DNA from: an uncultured Eubacteriales bacterium
GTDB lineage: Bacteria; Bacillota; Clostridia; Christensenellales; CAG-138
Direction: 5' to 3'
Assembly: GCA_900319345.1 (NCBI GenBank)
Contig: ONNZ01000002.1
Coordinates: 21,111-85,110, forward strand
Length of the DNA: 64,000 nucleotides
Under the pieces are notes generated by a model that was not told the origin of the DNA, did not search any database, and saw nothing but the letters and a program-made list of their open reading frames with translations. Within the stretch, counting starts at the first letter, position 1. Each line of letters begins with the position of its first letter. The position numbers and the translations under genes are program-made. Shown one piece after another: positions 1 through 8,837 of the stretch.

Positions 1-176
1 TCGAAGCCCTTGTCCCAGCGCAGCGCCCGATGGCGAGCGATCTTTTTCAGGCACTCCTCGTCGTATGGCTGCATGGCGGCGATATAGTACAGGGGTTTTG
101 GCCCCTGGACCGCCAGTTTTTCCCCGTATGTGCTTTTGCCGCAGGCGGAGCCGCCGGTGAGCAGGATCAGCATCAT
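1..176 (-). CDS. cobU: Adenosylcobinamide kinase / cobinamide-phosphate guanylyltransferase (CobU/CobP), N-terminal part; the gene runs off the left edge
   Basis: My translation of the minus strand from the ATG at 176 reads MMLILLTGGSACGKSTYGEKLAVQGPKPLYYIAAMQPYDEECLKKIARHRALRWDKGF. It has a P-loop GGSACGKS. Its start overlaps the cobT stop as ATGA. Confidence 0.8.
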   Translation of the reverse strand, partial: MMLILLTGGSACGKSTYGEKLAVQGPKPLYYIAAMQPYDEECLKKIARHRALRWDKGF

Positions 177-1237
177 TTCCCTCCCTGGGGCGTATAGGCG
201 TCGATGCCCACCGCGTCGAAGGTGGTCTGGCCCCCATATACGGCCAGCGCCATATCCAGGAGCGGCAGCAAACACACGCCGCCCGTGCCCTCGCCGAGGC
301 GCATATTCGCAAAAATGATTGGATATTTATTCAAAACCATCAGCACTCGCTTGGCCGCCGGTTCGTCGGAACAGTGGCTGGGCAGCATGGCCACGTCTGC
401 CCCGGGGCAGAGCCGCTGGGCCATCAGGGCCGCCACGGCGCTGATGAACCCGTCGATGACCACCGGCACGCCGTAGATGGCGCCGCCGATGAACAGGCCG
501 GTCATGCCGGCGATATCCAACCCGCCCAGCTTGCTCAGCACGTCCAGCGGGTCCTTAGGGTCCGGCCGATGGACGGTGATGGCCCGTTCGATGGCCCAGA
601 TCTTCCGATGCAATCCCGCGTCGCTGAGGCCTGCGCCTCGGCCCGTGACCGTCTCCGCCGGCAGGTTCAGCAGGGCCGCCACCAGGGCGCTGGAAGTGGT
701 GGTGTTGCCGATGCCCATCTCCCCGGAGACCAGGAGCCCGTACCCCTGGGCCTTCAGATCCTTGACCAGGTCCACGCCCGCCGAGATGGCCTCCATGGCC
801 TGCTCCCGGGTCATGGCGGGGCGGCGGGCCATATCCTCCGTGCCGTCCATCACGTGGCGATCCAGGACACCCTCCACCCGGCGGACCATCCCAAGATCCA
901 CCGGGATCACGTCCGCATGGGCCGTCCTGGCCATCCTGCAGACGGAGGAGCCCATCTTCACCATCTCCGCCGCCATGCGGGCGGTGACCTCCTGGCCGGT
1001 CTGAGTCACGCCCTCCCGGACCACACCGTTGTCGGCGCAGCAGACCACCACGGCCCGCTGGGAGATGTCCACGGCCGGGTCCCCGGTCAGAGCAGCGATA
1101 TCCATGACCAGCTTCTCGAGAGCCCCCAGGCTCCCCAGGGGCTTGGCGATGCTGTCCCACTGGCGCTGGGCCGCCTCTCGGGCCGCCTGATCGGGCTTGC
1201 GCAGGCTGTTTTGCCAAACTTGCAGCAAATCTTCCAT
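173..1237 (-). CDS. cobT: Nicotinate-nucleotide--dimethylbenzimidazole phosphoribosyltransferase
   Basis: ORF 173..1255 carries the hallmark GEMGIGNTTTSSA. I trimmed the start to the ATG at 1237 (MEDLLQVWQ), which has AGGAGG 8 nt upstream. The track start at 1255 is a GTG. Confidence 0.9.
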   Translation of the reverse strand: MEDLLQVWQNSLRKPDQAAREAAQRQWDSIAKPLGSLGALEKLVMDIAALTGDPAVDISQRAVVVCCADNGVVREGVTQTGQEVTARMAAEMVKMGSSVCRMARTAHADVIPVDLGMVRRVEGVLDRHVMDGTEDMARRPAMTREQAMEAISAGVDLVKDLKAQGYGLLVSGEMGIGNTTTSSALVAALLNLPAETVTGRGAGLSDAGLHRKIWAIERAITVHRPDPKDPLDVLSKLGGLDIAGMTGLFIGGAIYGVPVVIDGFISAVAALMAQRLCPGADVAMLPSHCSDEPAAKRVLMVLNKYPIIFANMRLGEGTGGVCLLPLLDMALAVYGGQTTFDAVGIDAYTPQGGK

Positions 1238-1239
1238 CG

Positions 1240-1998
1240 TCACGCCTCCTTCCACTGGGCCAACATCTCGTTCATCCAGGCCCGTACGTCCATGCGGTAG
1301 ACCCGGTTGAGCACTTCGTCGGAAAAGACCCGGTCCATGGGCCCGTCGGCCACCACCTGCCCCCTGTCCAGGAGCAGGGCTCTGGTACCGTAGGCCCGAG
1401 CCAGGGACAGATCGTGGACCACGGAGATCACGGCCCGCCCCGGTTGCTTCAGCCAGTTCTGTATGAGCTCAAAGACCTGCTTCTGGTACACCAGATCCAG
1501 GTGATTGGTGGGCTCGTCCAGCAGCAGGAGCTTGGGGTCCTGGCAGAAGGTCTGAGCGAGGAACGTCCGCTGCAGCTCGCCGCCGGACAGGGTCAGCACG
1601 TTCTGGCGGCGCTGCTCGTAGAGGCCCGTCTGTTCGAGAGCCGCCCGCACCGCGTCCTCCTCCCCGCTGTGGCGGGAGAAGATGGTAGGCGCGTAGGCGT
1701 ACCGGCCTAGGCGGACCACTTCCTCCACGGTGAAGGAGTAGCCCACGAAATGGCTTTGTGAAAGGACGCCGATGCCCCGGGCCAGCTCTTGGGGCTTCAT
1801 GGTGCGGATGTCCTTCCCCTCGAAGAGCACCCGGCCCCGGGCAGGCGCGCCGCCCGTGACGGCGTTGATCAGGGTGGACTTCCCCGCCCCGTTGGGGCCC
1901 ACGATCATGAGCCATTCCCCGGGCGCAAGGTCGAAGGATACCCCGTTCAAGATGGTCAGATCCCCGTAGGCGACGGTCAGGTTTTCCACGTGCAGCAT
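1240..1998 (-). CDS. ABC transporter ATP-binding protein, iron-siderophore/cobalamin (FecE/BtuD-like) type
   Basis: Walker A GPNGAGKST, signature LSGGELQR, Walker B LLLLDEP. It lies in an operon behind a cobalamin riboswitch. Confidence 0.9.
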   Translation of the reverse strand: MLHVENLTVAYGDLTILNGVSFDLAPGEWLMIVGPNGAGKSTLINAVTGGAPARGRVLFEGKDIRTMKPQELARGIGVLSQSHFVGYSFTVEEVVRLGRYAYAPTIFSRHSGEEDAVRAALEQTGLYEQRRQNVLTLSGGELQRTFLAQTFCQDPKLLLLDEPTNHLDLVYQKQVFELIQNWLKQPGRAVISVVHDLSLARAYGTRALLLDRGQVVADGPMDRVFSDEVLNRVYRMDVRAWMNEMLAQWKEA

Positions 1999-2002
1999 GG
2001 CT

Positions 2003-3037
2003 TTACCGTCCTTTCCGGGAGGACCCGTAGATGTACACGAAGGCCACCGCGCCGATGATGGAGGTGACCACGCCGATGGGCAGCTCCTTGGGGTTCAGCA
2101 GGACCCGGGCGATGAGATCGGAGAGCATCAGGAAGATGCCACCGCCGAAGAGAGACGCGGGCAGCAGCCGCTTATGGTTGGGGCCCACCAGCAGCCGCAC
2201 CATGTGGGGCGTCACCAGGCCCACGAAGCCGATGGTGCCGCCGATGGACACGCACACGCCGATGAGGCCGGAGACGGCGATGAGGATGACGAGCTTTACC
2301 CGGCGCACGTTCACGCCCACGTGGCGGGCGTTCTCCTCCCCCACCGCGAAGGCGTTGAGCTCCCGGGCATGGAGCAATATGATGCCGCCGAAGAGAACGA
2401 GGGCTGCGAGAAGCACCAGCACGTTCACATAGCTGGTGCCCTGAAGGCTTCCCATGGTCCAAAAGGTGATGCTGCGAAGATGTTCCCCGGAAAAGGTGAT
2501 GACGATGCTCATGACGCTGGAAGCGAACATGGAGAAGATGACGCCGATGAGGATGATGGTGTTGGTGGACAGGGAGAAGTCAAGCTTGTAGGCCAGACCC
2601 AAGATGATGAGCAGAGAACAAAAAGCGAACACCATGGCCATGGCCATGGTGCCCGCCAAGGGCAGACCGGGTATGGTAATCCCGAAGGCGATGGCGATGA
2701 CCGCCCCCAGGGACGCCCCGGAGGACACGCCCAGGGTGGACCCGTCCGCCAGGGGATTCTTCAAGAGGCCCTGCATGGCCCCGCCGCAGAGGGATAAACT
2801 GGCCCCCACCAGCATGACGGCCAGGACCCGGGGAAGCCGGGACGTGAGCAGGATGGCAGGCGCCGTGCCCGCCGGTTGAGGCAGGCCCCGCACGGCCCTC
2901 CAGATCACCGAGACGGTGGTCCGAAAGGGGATGCTGACGCTGCCGACGCAGACCGAGAGGAGCAGCGTGAGCACCGCTGCCGCAGCAAAGAGCAGGTATT
3001 CCCACCCGCGAAAGTGTTCGCTGTTCCTCCCGTTCAT
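2003..3037 (-). CDS. FecCD-family ABC permease (BtuC-like)
   Basis: 344-aa polytopic protein with typical FecCD features (GASLSLCGGAMQGLLKNPLADGSTLGVSSGASLGA). It sits between the binding-protein and ATPase genes. Confidence 0.9.
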   Translation of the reverse strand: MNGRNSEHFRGWEYLLFAAAAVLTLLLSVCVGSVSIPFRTTVSVIWRAVRGLPQPAGTAPAILLTSRLPRVLAVMLVGASLSLCGGAMQGLLKNPLADGSTLGVSSGASLGAVIAIAFGITIPGLPLAGTMAMAMVFAFCSLLIILGLAYKLDFSLSTNTIILIGVIFSMFASSVMSIVITFSGEHLRSITFWTMGSLQGTSYVNVLVLLAALVLFGGIILLHARELNAFAVGEENARHVGVNVRRVKLVILIAVSGLIGVCVSIGGTIGFVGLVTPHMVRLLVGPNHKRLLPASLFGGGIFLMLSDLIARVLLNPKELPIGVVTSIIGAVAFVYIYGSSRKGR

Positions 3038-3049
3038 GATGTCGAAAAA

Positions 3050-4021
3050 TCAGGCGGCGGGCGCCAGCTGCTGGGCCGCTTCATTCTCCGCCACGAAGTC
3101 GAAGAGCATCTGCGCGCCTTCCGCCAGCCGGGGCGCGGGCCGGGAAAGCTCGTTGTTGGGGAGATCCAGGATATTCCCGTTCTTCACGGCGGTCACGTTC
3201 TCCCAGCCGGGCCGGGCCATGATCTCCTCCTCGGGGGTGGGGCCCTCGCCGAAGTACATGGTGATGGTCAGGATGTAGTCGGGGTTCCGCTCCAGGACCT
3301 GCTCCTCGGAGACGGCGGCCCAGCCTTCCACGTCGTCGAAGCAGTTCTTGAGGCCCATCATCTCCGCCACCTCGTTCATGAAGGTGCCGGTGCCCGCGGT
3401 CCAGAGGCCCCACTGCAGGGGGCTGACCTCGAAGTAGATGGTCTTGGTGCCGTCAAACCGGTTGGCCTTGATCTCCGTGAAGATAGAATCCATATCGGAG
3501 ATGAGCAGTTCGGCCTCCTCCTGCTTGCCCATGACCTGGCCGATGAGGCGGATGGCGGTGAAGGTGCCTTCGATATCCTGGGCGTCGCTGACCACCACCC
3601 GGATGCCGGCTTTCTCCAGCTGGTCCACCTGCTCCTGGGTCTGGGCCATCATGCTGAGGAACACTGTGTCGGGCTCCAGGGCGATGATCTGCTCGATGTT
3701 GGTCTCCGCGCCGGAGGTCAGCGAAGGGATCGCCATGACCTCGGGGGGATAGTCGCAGTATTCGCCGCGGCCCACCAGAGCTGCCTCACCGCCGATGGCG
3801 TAGATGATCTCGCAGTCGGAGGCGGTGAGAGCCACGGCCTTGTCCACGGGCTTCTCGAACTTGACTTCACGGCCCGCCATGTCGGTGACGGTGAAGGAGC
3901 CGTCCGCAGGGGCGGGCGCTTCCGCCGGCTTCTCGGCAGGCGCTTCGGCTTCCTTCTTGCAGCCGAAGGACAGGAGCATCAGGGCGGCGATCAGGATCGC
4001 CAGGATCTTTTTGAGTTGCAT
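3050..4021 (-). CDS. Periplasmic-binding-protein-type substrate-binding lipoprotein (BtuF-like)
   Basis: I trimmed the start to the ATG at 4021. The N-terminus MQLKKILAILIAALMLLSFGCKK is a lipoprotein signal with a lipobox Cys. This is the first gene after the B12 riboswitch. Confidence 0.85.
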   Translation of the reverse strand: MQLKKILAILIAALMLLSFGCKKEAEAPAEKPAEAPAPADGSFTVTDMAGREVKFEKPVDKAVALTASDCEIIYAIGGEAALVGRGEYCDYPPEVMAIPSLTSGAETNIEQIIALEPDTVFLSMMAQTQEQVDQLEKAGIRVVVSDAQDIEGTFTAIRLIGQVMGKQEEAELLISDMDSIFTEIKANRFDGTKTIYFEVSPLQWGLWTAGTGTFMNEVAEMMGLKNCFDDVEGWAAVSEEQVLERNPDYILTITMYFGEGPTPEEEIMARPGWENVTAVKNGNILDLPNNELSRPAPRLAEGAQMLFDFVAENEAAQQLAPAA

Positions 4022-4065
4022 GTGTTTCTTCCCCTTTCCGATATTGTTGAACAGAGCGGGAGCAA

Positions 4066-4093
4066 GAAAAACGCTCCCCGGAATTGAGGAGCG
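4066..4093 (-). terminator. Intrinsic terminator forming the expression platform of the cobalamin riboswitch
   Basis: The minus strand reads CGCTCC-tcaattccgg-GGAGCG followed by TTTTTCTT. It lies between the aptamer and the RBS/ATG of the binding-protein gene. Confidence 0.6.
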
Positions 4094-4326
4094 AATATGG
4101 CGGGGGCACGGTCTGCCCCTGCGGTCCACTCAATCCCAGAAGTCTACATGTCCAAACAGGTCTCCCGGCTTGGGTTCCCCCTACTCGAGCCCCTTCCCGC
4201 TCCCCAAGGAACAGTGGGTCACCGCTCTTTCGTCCCCCTTACGGTTACTGGGATAGCTCGGGCTTTCCACCCGATTCCCTCGGCATTCGGCCGCTGCTTT
4301 CGGCAGATAAGGACACGCTATTCAAC
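4094..4326 (-). promoter_or_regulatory. Cobalamin (B12) riboswitch aptamer
   Basis: The minus strand reads AGGGAAUCGGGUGGAAAGCCCGAGC...CCAGUAACCGUAAGGGGGACGAAAGAGCGGUGACCCACUG...GGGAAGGGGC...AAGCCGGGAGACCUG. The B12 box AGCCGGGAGACCUG is at 4157..4170. The conserved GGGAA/GGUG..AA..CC core is present. Confidence 0.9.
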
Positions 4327-4332
4327 TATGAT

Positions 4333-4361
4333 AGTATATCCCTGTCCCCGGGTTTCGTCAA
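4333..4361 (-). promoter_or_regulatory. SigA-type promoter for the riboswitch operon
   Basis: Minus strand: TTGACG (4361..4356), 17 nt, TATACT (4338..4333), just upstream of the aptamer. Confidence 0.55.
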
Positions 4362-4421
4362 GGTCTCCCCTGTCCCTCTCCCCCTGTATGCGCCTATAGA
4401 CACATATACTCTTGGAGCATG

Positions 4422-4468
4422 CTCTTTTTCATTCTCTTACTCTTTCTCTTTATCTTTCTCTTTGTCTC
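4422..4468. repeat. 47-nt polypyrimidine (plus strand) / polypurine tract with an internal 11-nt direct repeat
   Basis: The sequence is ctctttttcattctcttactctttctctttatctttctctttgtctc. The unit tctttctcttt occurs at 4441..4451 and 4453..4463. Only 4 purines occur in 47 nt. Confidence 0.8.
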
Positions 4469-4589
4469 GAAACGGGGGAATGCGACATCGTTACGGGGAA
4501 CCATGTATCTGATACGGGAAGTATCGCAGTGTCTGCCTTCAACAAAAAAGCCGCCGCGCATGCAACAGCTTTTTCGTTTCCGATCCTTA

Positions 4590-5135
4590 TTATCCTTCGC
4601 CCAGCATCCTTCGGTGATCGGCGGCCAGGCCGCAGTAGTGCATGGCCTGCTCCTTCCGCTGTTCGAGGGACGACTCGGGCAGGGTCTTCACCACCTTCGC
4701 CGGGCTTCCCAGCACCACGGAGAAGGGCGGGATCACGGTGTTCTTGGTCACCAGCGCCCCCGCGCCTACCACGGAGCCCTTGCCGACGACGGCTCCGTCC
4801 ATGATGATGGCGCCCATGCCGATGAGCGCATAGTCCTCCACCCGGCAGGCGTGAAGAATGGCCCCGTGGCCCACGGTCACGCAGTCCCCCACCACCGTGG
4901 GGAGCCCGTCCGCCAGGCCGCTGCCCCGACCGGAGTCCTCATGGATGAGGGCCCCGTCCTGGATGCTGGTGTATTTTCCGATGACCACGTCGTGGACGTC
5001 GCCCCGGATCACCGCGTTGTACCAAATTGAGGAGCCTGCGCCGATCTTTACCCGGCCCACCACCATGGCGCCCGGGCAGAGCAGCACGTCCTGTTCGATT
5101 TGGGGCGTAACGCCCTCATAGGGATAGACCGGCAT
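4590..5135 (-). CDS. Gamma-class carbonic anhydrase-like / hexapeptide-repeat (LbH) protein
   Basis: 181 aa. The N-terminus MPVYPYEGVTPQIEQDVLLCPGAMVVGRVKIGAGSSIWYNAVIRGDV and the repeated hexapeptide pattern are typical of the YrdA/PaaY family. Confidence 0.8.
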   Translation of the reverse strand: MPVYPYEGVTPQIEQDVLLCPGAMVVGRVKIGAGSSIWYNAVIRGDVHDVVIGKYTSIQDGALIHEDSGRGSGLADGLPTVVGDCVTVGHGAILHACRVEDYALIGMGAIIMDGAVVGKGSVVGAGALVTKNTVIPPFSVVLGSPAKVVKTLPESSLEQRKEQAMHYCGLAADHRRMLGEG

Positions 5136-5156
5136 AGGTGCGCTCCTTTTGGATCG

Positions 5157-6320
5157 TTATTTGAAGATGTTGCGGATGCCGCCCTTCTTCTTGGCGGGGG
5201 TGGTGGCTTCTCCGCTGAGGGCCGCGTACTGCTGCAACAGCGCCCGCTGCTCGTCGGAAAGCCGCCGAGGGATGTCCGATTCCACCGTCACCAGCAGATC
5301 GCCCTTGCCCTGGGAACTGGCGTTGGGGATGGGCACGCCCTGCTCCTTCAGCCGGAAGGTGGTGCCGTTCTGGGTGCCGGAGGGGATGGTGTAGCGCACC
5401 TTCTCCTTCAGGGTGGGCACGGTGATCTCGCCGCCCAGGGCCATGGTGGTGAAGGGCACCTTCAGACTCAGCAGCAGGTTGCAGCCGTCCCTGGTGAAGA
5501 GCTTGTGAGGTTTCACGGACACGGTCACGTACAGGTTCCCTCTCGGGCCGCCCTTGTAGCCAGCTTCGCCCTCGCCCCGCATGTTGATGGTCTGGCCGTC
5601 GTTGATGCCGGCGGGCACCTTCAGATGGATGCGGGTGTTCTTGCGGATGCGGCCCTTGCCCCGGCACTCGGGACAGGGCTCCTTGATGTATTTGCCCGTG
5701 CCGTTGCAGGCCGAGCAGGGCCGGCTGGTGGTAAAGGCCCCGAACATGGTGTTCTGCTGGGTGCGGACCTGGCCCGTGCCGTTGCAGGTGGGGCACCGCA
5801 CGGGGCTGGTGCCCTTCTTGGCGCCGGTGCCGCCGCAGGCTTCGCAGCTCTCCTCCCGGGGGATCAGCAGCTCCTTGGTCACGCCGAAGGCCGCCTCCTC
5901 GAAGGTCAGGGACAGGTTGTACCGAAGATCGTCCCCGGCCATGGGCGCGTCCCGCTGGGCGGAACGGCTGCCGAAGCCGCCGCCGAAACCGCCGCCGAAA
6001 CCGCCGCCGAAGAAGCTGTTGAGAATGTCGTCGAACCCGCCGAAGCCCGCGCCCTCGAAGGGGTTGGCGCCGCCCATGGTGGGGTCGAAGGCCGCATGGC
6101 CGTATTGATCGTACTTCGCTCGCTTATCAGGATCGGACAGGACGCTGTAGGCTTCGTTCAACTCCTTGAACTGGGCCTCGGCGGCCTTGTCGTTGGGATG
6201 CAGGTCCGGATGGCAGGACTTGGCGGCCTTCCGAAACGCGCTCTTGATCTCGCTGTCGGTAGCCGTCTTGCTGACGCCCAAAACCTCGTAATAATCCCGC
6301 TTATCTGCCACGATCCTCAC
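5157..6320 (-). CDS. dnaJ: Molecular chaperone DnaJ
   Basis: J domain (DYYEVLGV...HPD), a G/F-rich region and four CxxCxGxG zinc motifs. The track start is a GTG. A second GTG at 6311 with a better GAGGTGA RBS is an alternative start. Confidence 0.95.
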   Translation of the reverse strand: MRIVADKRDYYEVLGVSKTATDSEIKSAFRKAAKSCHPDLHPNDKAAEAQFKELNEAYSVLSDPDKRAKYDQYGHAAFDPTMGGANPFEGAGFGGFDDILNSFFGGGFGGGFGGGFGSRSAQRDAPMAGDDLRYNLSLTFEEAAFGVTKELLIPREESCEACGGTGAKKGTSPVRCPTCNGTGQVRTQQNTMFGAFTTSRPCSACNGTGKYIKEPCPECRGKGRIRKNTRIHLKVPAGINDGQTINMRGEGEAGYKGGPRGNLYVTVSVKPHKLFTRDGCNLLLSLKVPFTTMALGGEITVPTLKEKVRYTIPSGTQNGTTFRLKEQGVPIPNASSQGKGDLLVTVESDIPRRLSDEQRALLQQYAALSGEATTPAKKKGGIRNIFK

Positions 6321-6379
6321 CTCGTTTCCTCGGCCGAAAGGGGCGGCTGCCCGCCCCTTCGCCGTTTACTTATCCTTCG

Positions 6380-8218
6380 TTACTTGACGACTTCGTAATC
6401 CGCATCGACCACGTTGTCGTCGCCGCCCTCGTTGGGGCCGTAGCTGGTGCCGTCGTTGGGGGCGTGAGGCGGCTGCTGGCCCTGCTGCTGTTGCTGCTGA
6501 TAGATCTTGCCGAAGACCTCGTAGCTCTTCTCGGTCAGGGTCTCGGTAGCCCGCTTGATGGCTTCGGTGTCGGTGCCCTCCAGGGCCTTCTTAAGGTCAG
6601 CCACCATGCCCTCCAGCATGCTCCTGTCGGAGGAACTGATCTTGTCGCCCAGCTCCTTCATGGTCTTTTCGGTGGTGTAGACCAGCTGATCCGCGTGGTT
6701 CCGGGCGTCCACCTCTTCCTTGCGCTTCTTATCCTCGTTGGCGTACTGCTCCGCCTCGTTGACCGCCTTCTTGATCTCGTCCTCGGTCAGGTTGGTGGAG
6801 GCGGTGATGGTCACCTGCTGCTGGTTGCCGGTGCCCAGGTCCTTGGCGGACACGTGGACGATACCGTTGGCATCGATGTCGAAGGTGACCTCGATCTGCG
6901 GCACGCCGCGGGGCGCAGGCGCGATGCCGGAGAGCTGGAACCGGCCCAGAGTCTTGTTGTACTGGGCCATCTCCCGCTCGCCCTGGAGCACGTGGACCTC
7001 CACGGAGGTCTGGCCGTCGGCGGCGGTGGAGAAGATCTGGCTCTTCTTGGTGGGGATGGTGGTGTTCCGCTCGATCAGGCGGGTGAACACGCCGCCCACG
7101 GTCTCGATGCCCAGGGACAGGGGCGTCACGTCGAGGAGCAGCACGTCCTTCACCTCGCCGCCCAGGACGCCGCCCTGGATGGCCGCGCCGATGGCCACGC
7201 ACTCGTCGGGGTTGATGCCCTTGAAGGGCTCCTTGCCGGTGATGGTCCGGACCATGTCCTGGACGCAGGGGATACGGCTGGAGCCGCCCACCAGGATGAC
7301 CTTGTCGATCTGGGAGTTGTTGAGCCCGGCGTCCTGCATGGCCTTCTGCACGCAGGCCTTGGTCTTGTCGATGAGGTCGGAGATGAGCTCATTGAACTTG
7401 GCCCGGGTGATGGTCATGTCGATGTTCTTGGCGCCGGAGGCGTCCATGGCGATGTAGGGCAGGTTGATGTTGGTGGTGGTCACGCCGGAAAGCTCGATCT
7501 TGGCCTTCTCGGCGGCCTCCTTCAGGCGCTGGGTGGCGGTCCGATCCTGCAAGAGGTCGATGCCCGTGTTGCGCTTGAAGTCGGAAGCCACGTACTCCAT
7601 GATCCGCTGATCGAAGTCGTCGCCGCCCAAGCGATTGTTGCCCGCGGTGGCCAGCACTTCGAAGACGCCGTCGCCGATCTCCAGGATGGACACATCGAAG
7701 GTGCCGCCGCCCAGATCGTAGACCAGGATCTTCTGGTTGTTCTCCTTGTCGAGGCCGTAGGCCAGGGAAGCGGCCGTGGGCTCGTTGATGATACGGAGCA
7801 CTTCGAGGCCCGCGATGCGGCCCGCGTCCTTGGTGGCCTGCCGCTGGGAGTCCGTGAAGTAGGCGGGCACGGTGATGACCGCCTGGGTCACCTTCTCACC
7901 GAGATACGCTTCCGCGTCCTGCTTCAGCTTCTGCAGGATCATAGCGGAGATCTCCTGAGGCGTGTAGTCCTTGCCGTCGATGTGGACCTTGCGGTTGCTG
8001 CCCATGTCCCGCTTGATGGAAGCCACGGTGCGGGTGGGGTTGGTGATGGCCTGCCGCTTGGCGATGGTGCCCACCAGGCGCTCGCCGTCCTTGAACGCCA
8101 CCACGGAAGGCGTGGTGCGCGCGCCCTCGCTGTTGGGGATAACGACCGGCTCGCCGCCCTCCAGGACGGCGACGCAGGAATTGGTCGTGCCTAAATCGAT
8201 ACCGATGATCTTACCCAT
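6380..8218 (-). CDS. dnaK: Molecular chaperone DnaK (Hsp70)
   Basis: [18 protein letters not shown]..., DLGGGTFD; full-length 612 aa. Confidence 0.98.
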   Translation of the reverse strand: MGKIIGIDLGTTNSCVAVLEGGEPVVIPNSEGARTTPSVVAFKDGERLVGTIAKRQAITNPTRTVASIKRDMGSNRKVHIDGKDYTPQEISAMILQKLKQDAEAYLGEKVTQAVITVPAYFTDSQRQATKDAGRIAGLEVLRIINEPTAASLAYGLDKENNQKILVYDLGGGTFDVSILEIGDGVFEVLATAGNNRLGGDDFDQRIMEYVASDFKRNTGIDLLQDRTATQRLKEAAEKAKIELSGVTTTNINLPYIAMDASGAKNIDMTITRAKFNELISDLIDKTKACVQKAMQDAGLNNSQIDKVILVGGSSRIPCVQDMVRTITGKEPFKGINPDECVAIGAAIQGGVLGGEVKDVLLLDVTPLSLGIETVGGVFTRLIERNTTIPTKKSQIFSTAADGQTSVEVHVLQGEREMAQYNKTLGRFQLSGIAPAPRGVPQIEVTFDIDANGIVHVSAKDLGTGNQQQVTITASTNLTEDEIKKAVNEAEQYANEDKKRKEEVDARNHADQLVYTTEKTMKELGDKISSSDRSMLEGMVADLKKALEGTDTEAIKRATETLTEKSYEVFGKIYQQQQQQGQQPPHAPNDGTSYGPNEGGDDNVVDADYEVVK

Positions 8219-8297
8219 AGTTTTCTTTTCCTCCTGATGATATCTATAGTCTATGCTCTTTCAGCCTTGCCTTTTGCCGGCGCGGCTGTTTTTTCCT

Positions 8298-8837
8298 TCA
8301 CTCGGACACCTTGACCATGCTGTGCCGCAGGATCTTGTCGCCCATTTTGTACCCCTTCTGGAGCACAGCGAGGATCGTTTCGCTCTCCACGCCCTCGGCC
8401 GCCTCGGAAAGGACCGCGTTGTGGAGGTTGGGATCGAACTTGCCCTCCGCCTCGATCTCCGTGAGGCCCAGCTTCTTGAGCTCCTCGGTGAACTTGCGGT
8501 AGACCAGCTTCACGCCCTCCACCCAGGCCTCGTCCGCCTTGTCGGCGTTCAGGATGATCCGATCGAAATCGTCCAGGGAGGGCAGCAGCTCCGACACCGC
8601 GTCCCGCTTGCCGTTCTCGTAGCTCTCGGCCCGGACGCTGTTGTTCCGGCGGCGGTAGTTTTCAAAATCCGCCTGGTTCCGCTGCAGCAGGCGGATGGTC
8701 TCGTCCAGCTCCTGCTGCTTCTTGTCCAGTTCCTCCTGGAGCTTCTTCAGCTCCTCGTTCTCCACCGGCTGTACCTCCCTCGCTTCCACGGGGATCTCCT
8801 TCGCCTTCTCTTCGGCCTTCTTCCTGTTCTTCGACAT
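8298..8837 (-). CDS. grpE: Nucleotide exchange factor GrpE
   Basis: 179 aa with a coiled-coil N-terminus and a GrpE C-terminal domain. It lies between hrcA and dnaK and overlaps the hrcA stop as ATGA. Confidence 0.93.
   Translation of the reverse strand: MSKNRKKAEEKAKEIPVEAREVQPVENEELKKLQEELDKKQQELDETIRLLQRNQADFENYRRRNNSVRAESYENGKRDAVSELLPSLDDFDRIILNADKADEAWVEGVKLVYRKFTEELKKLGLTEIEAEGKFDPNLHNAVLSEAAEGVESETILAVLQKGYKMGDKILRHSMVKVSE

Noticed and set aside
4419-5030. ORF starting MLFFILLLFLFIFLFVSKRGN, which looks like a small hydrophobic type-I-toxin-like peptide.
   Set aside because: The hydrophobic run is simply the translation of the polypyrimidine tract. The frame has no RBS and runs on for 203 codons antisense to the gamma-CA-like gene. 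I found no evidence for a discrete small gene.
6464-8194. Very long ORFs antisense to or overlapping obvious genes. Examples are the 576-aa ORF opposite dnaK, 374..1300 opposite cobT, 25811..27490 opposite recN, 15356..17506 opposite the transglutaminase gene, 44534..46060 opposite lipoprotein 1 and 42813..43889 opposite the E2-like gene.
   Set aside because: High GC suppresses stop codons in non-coding frames. The translations are Gly/Arg/Pro/His-rich low-complexity sequence with no motifs, and the opposite strand encodes unmistakable conserved proteins.
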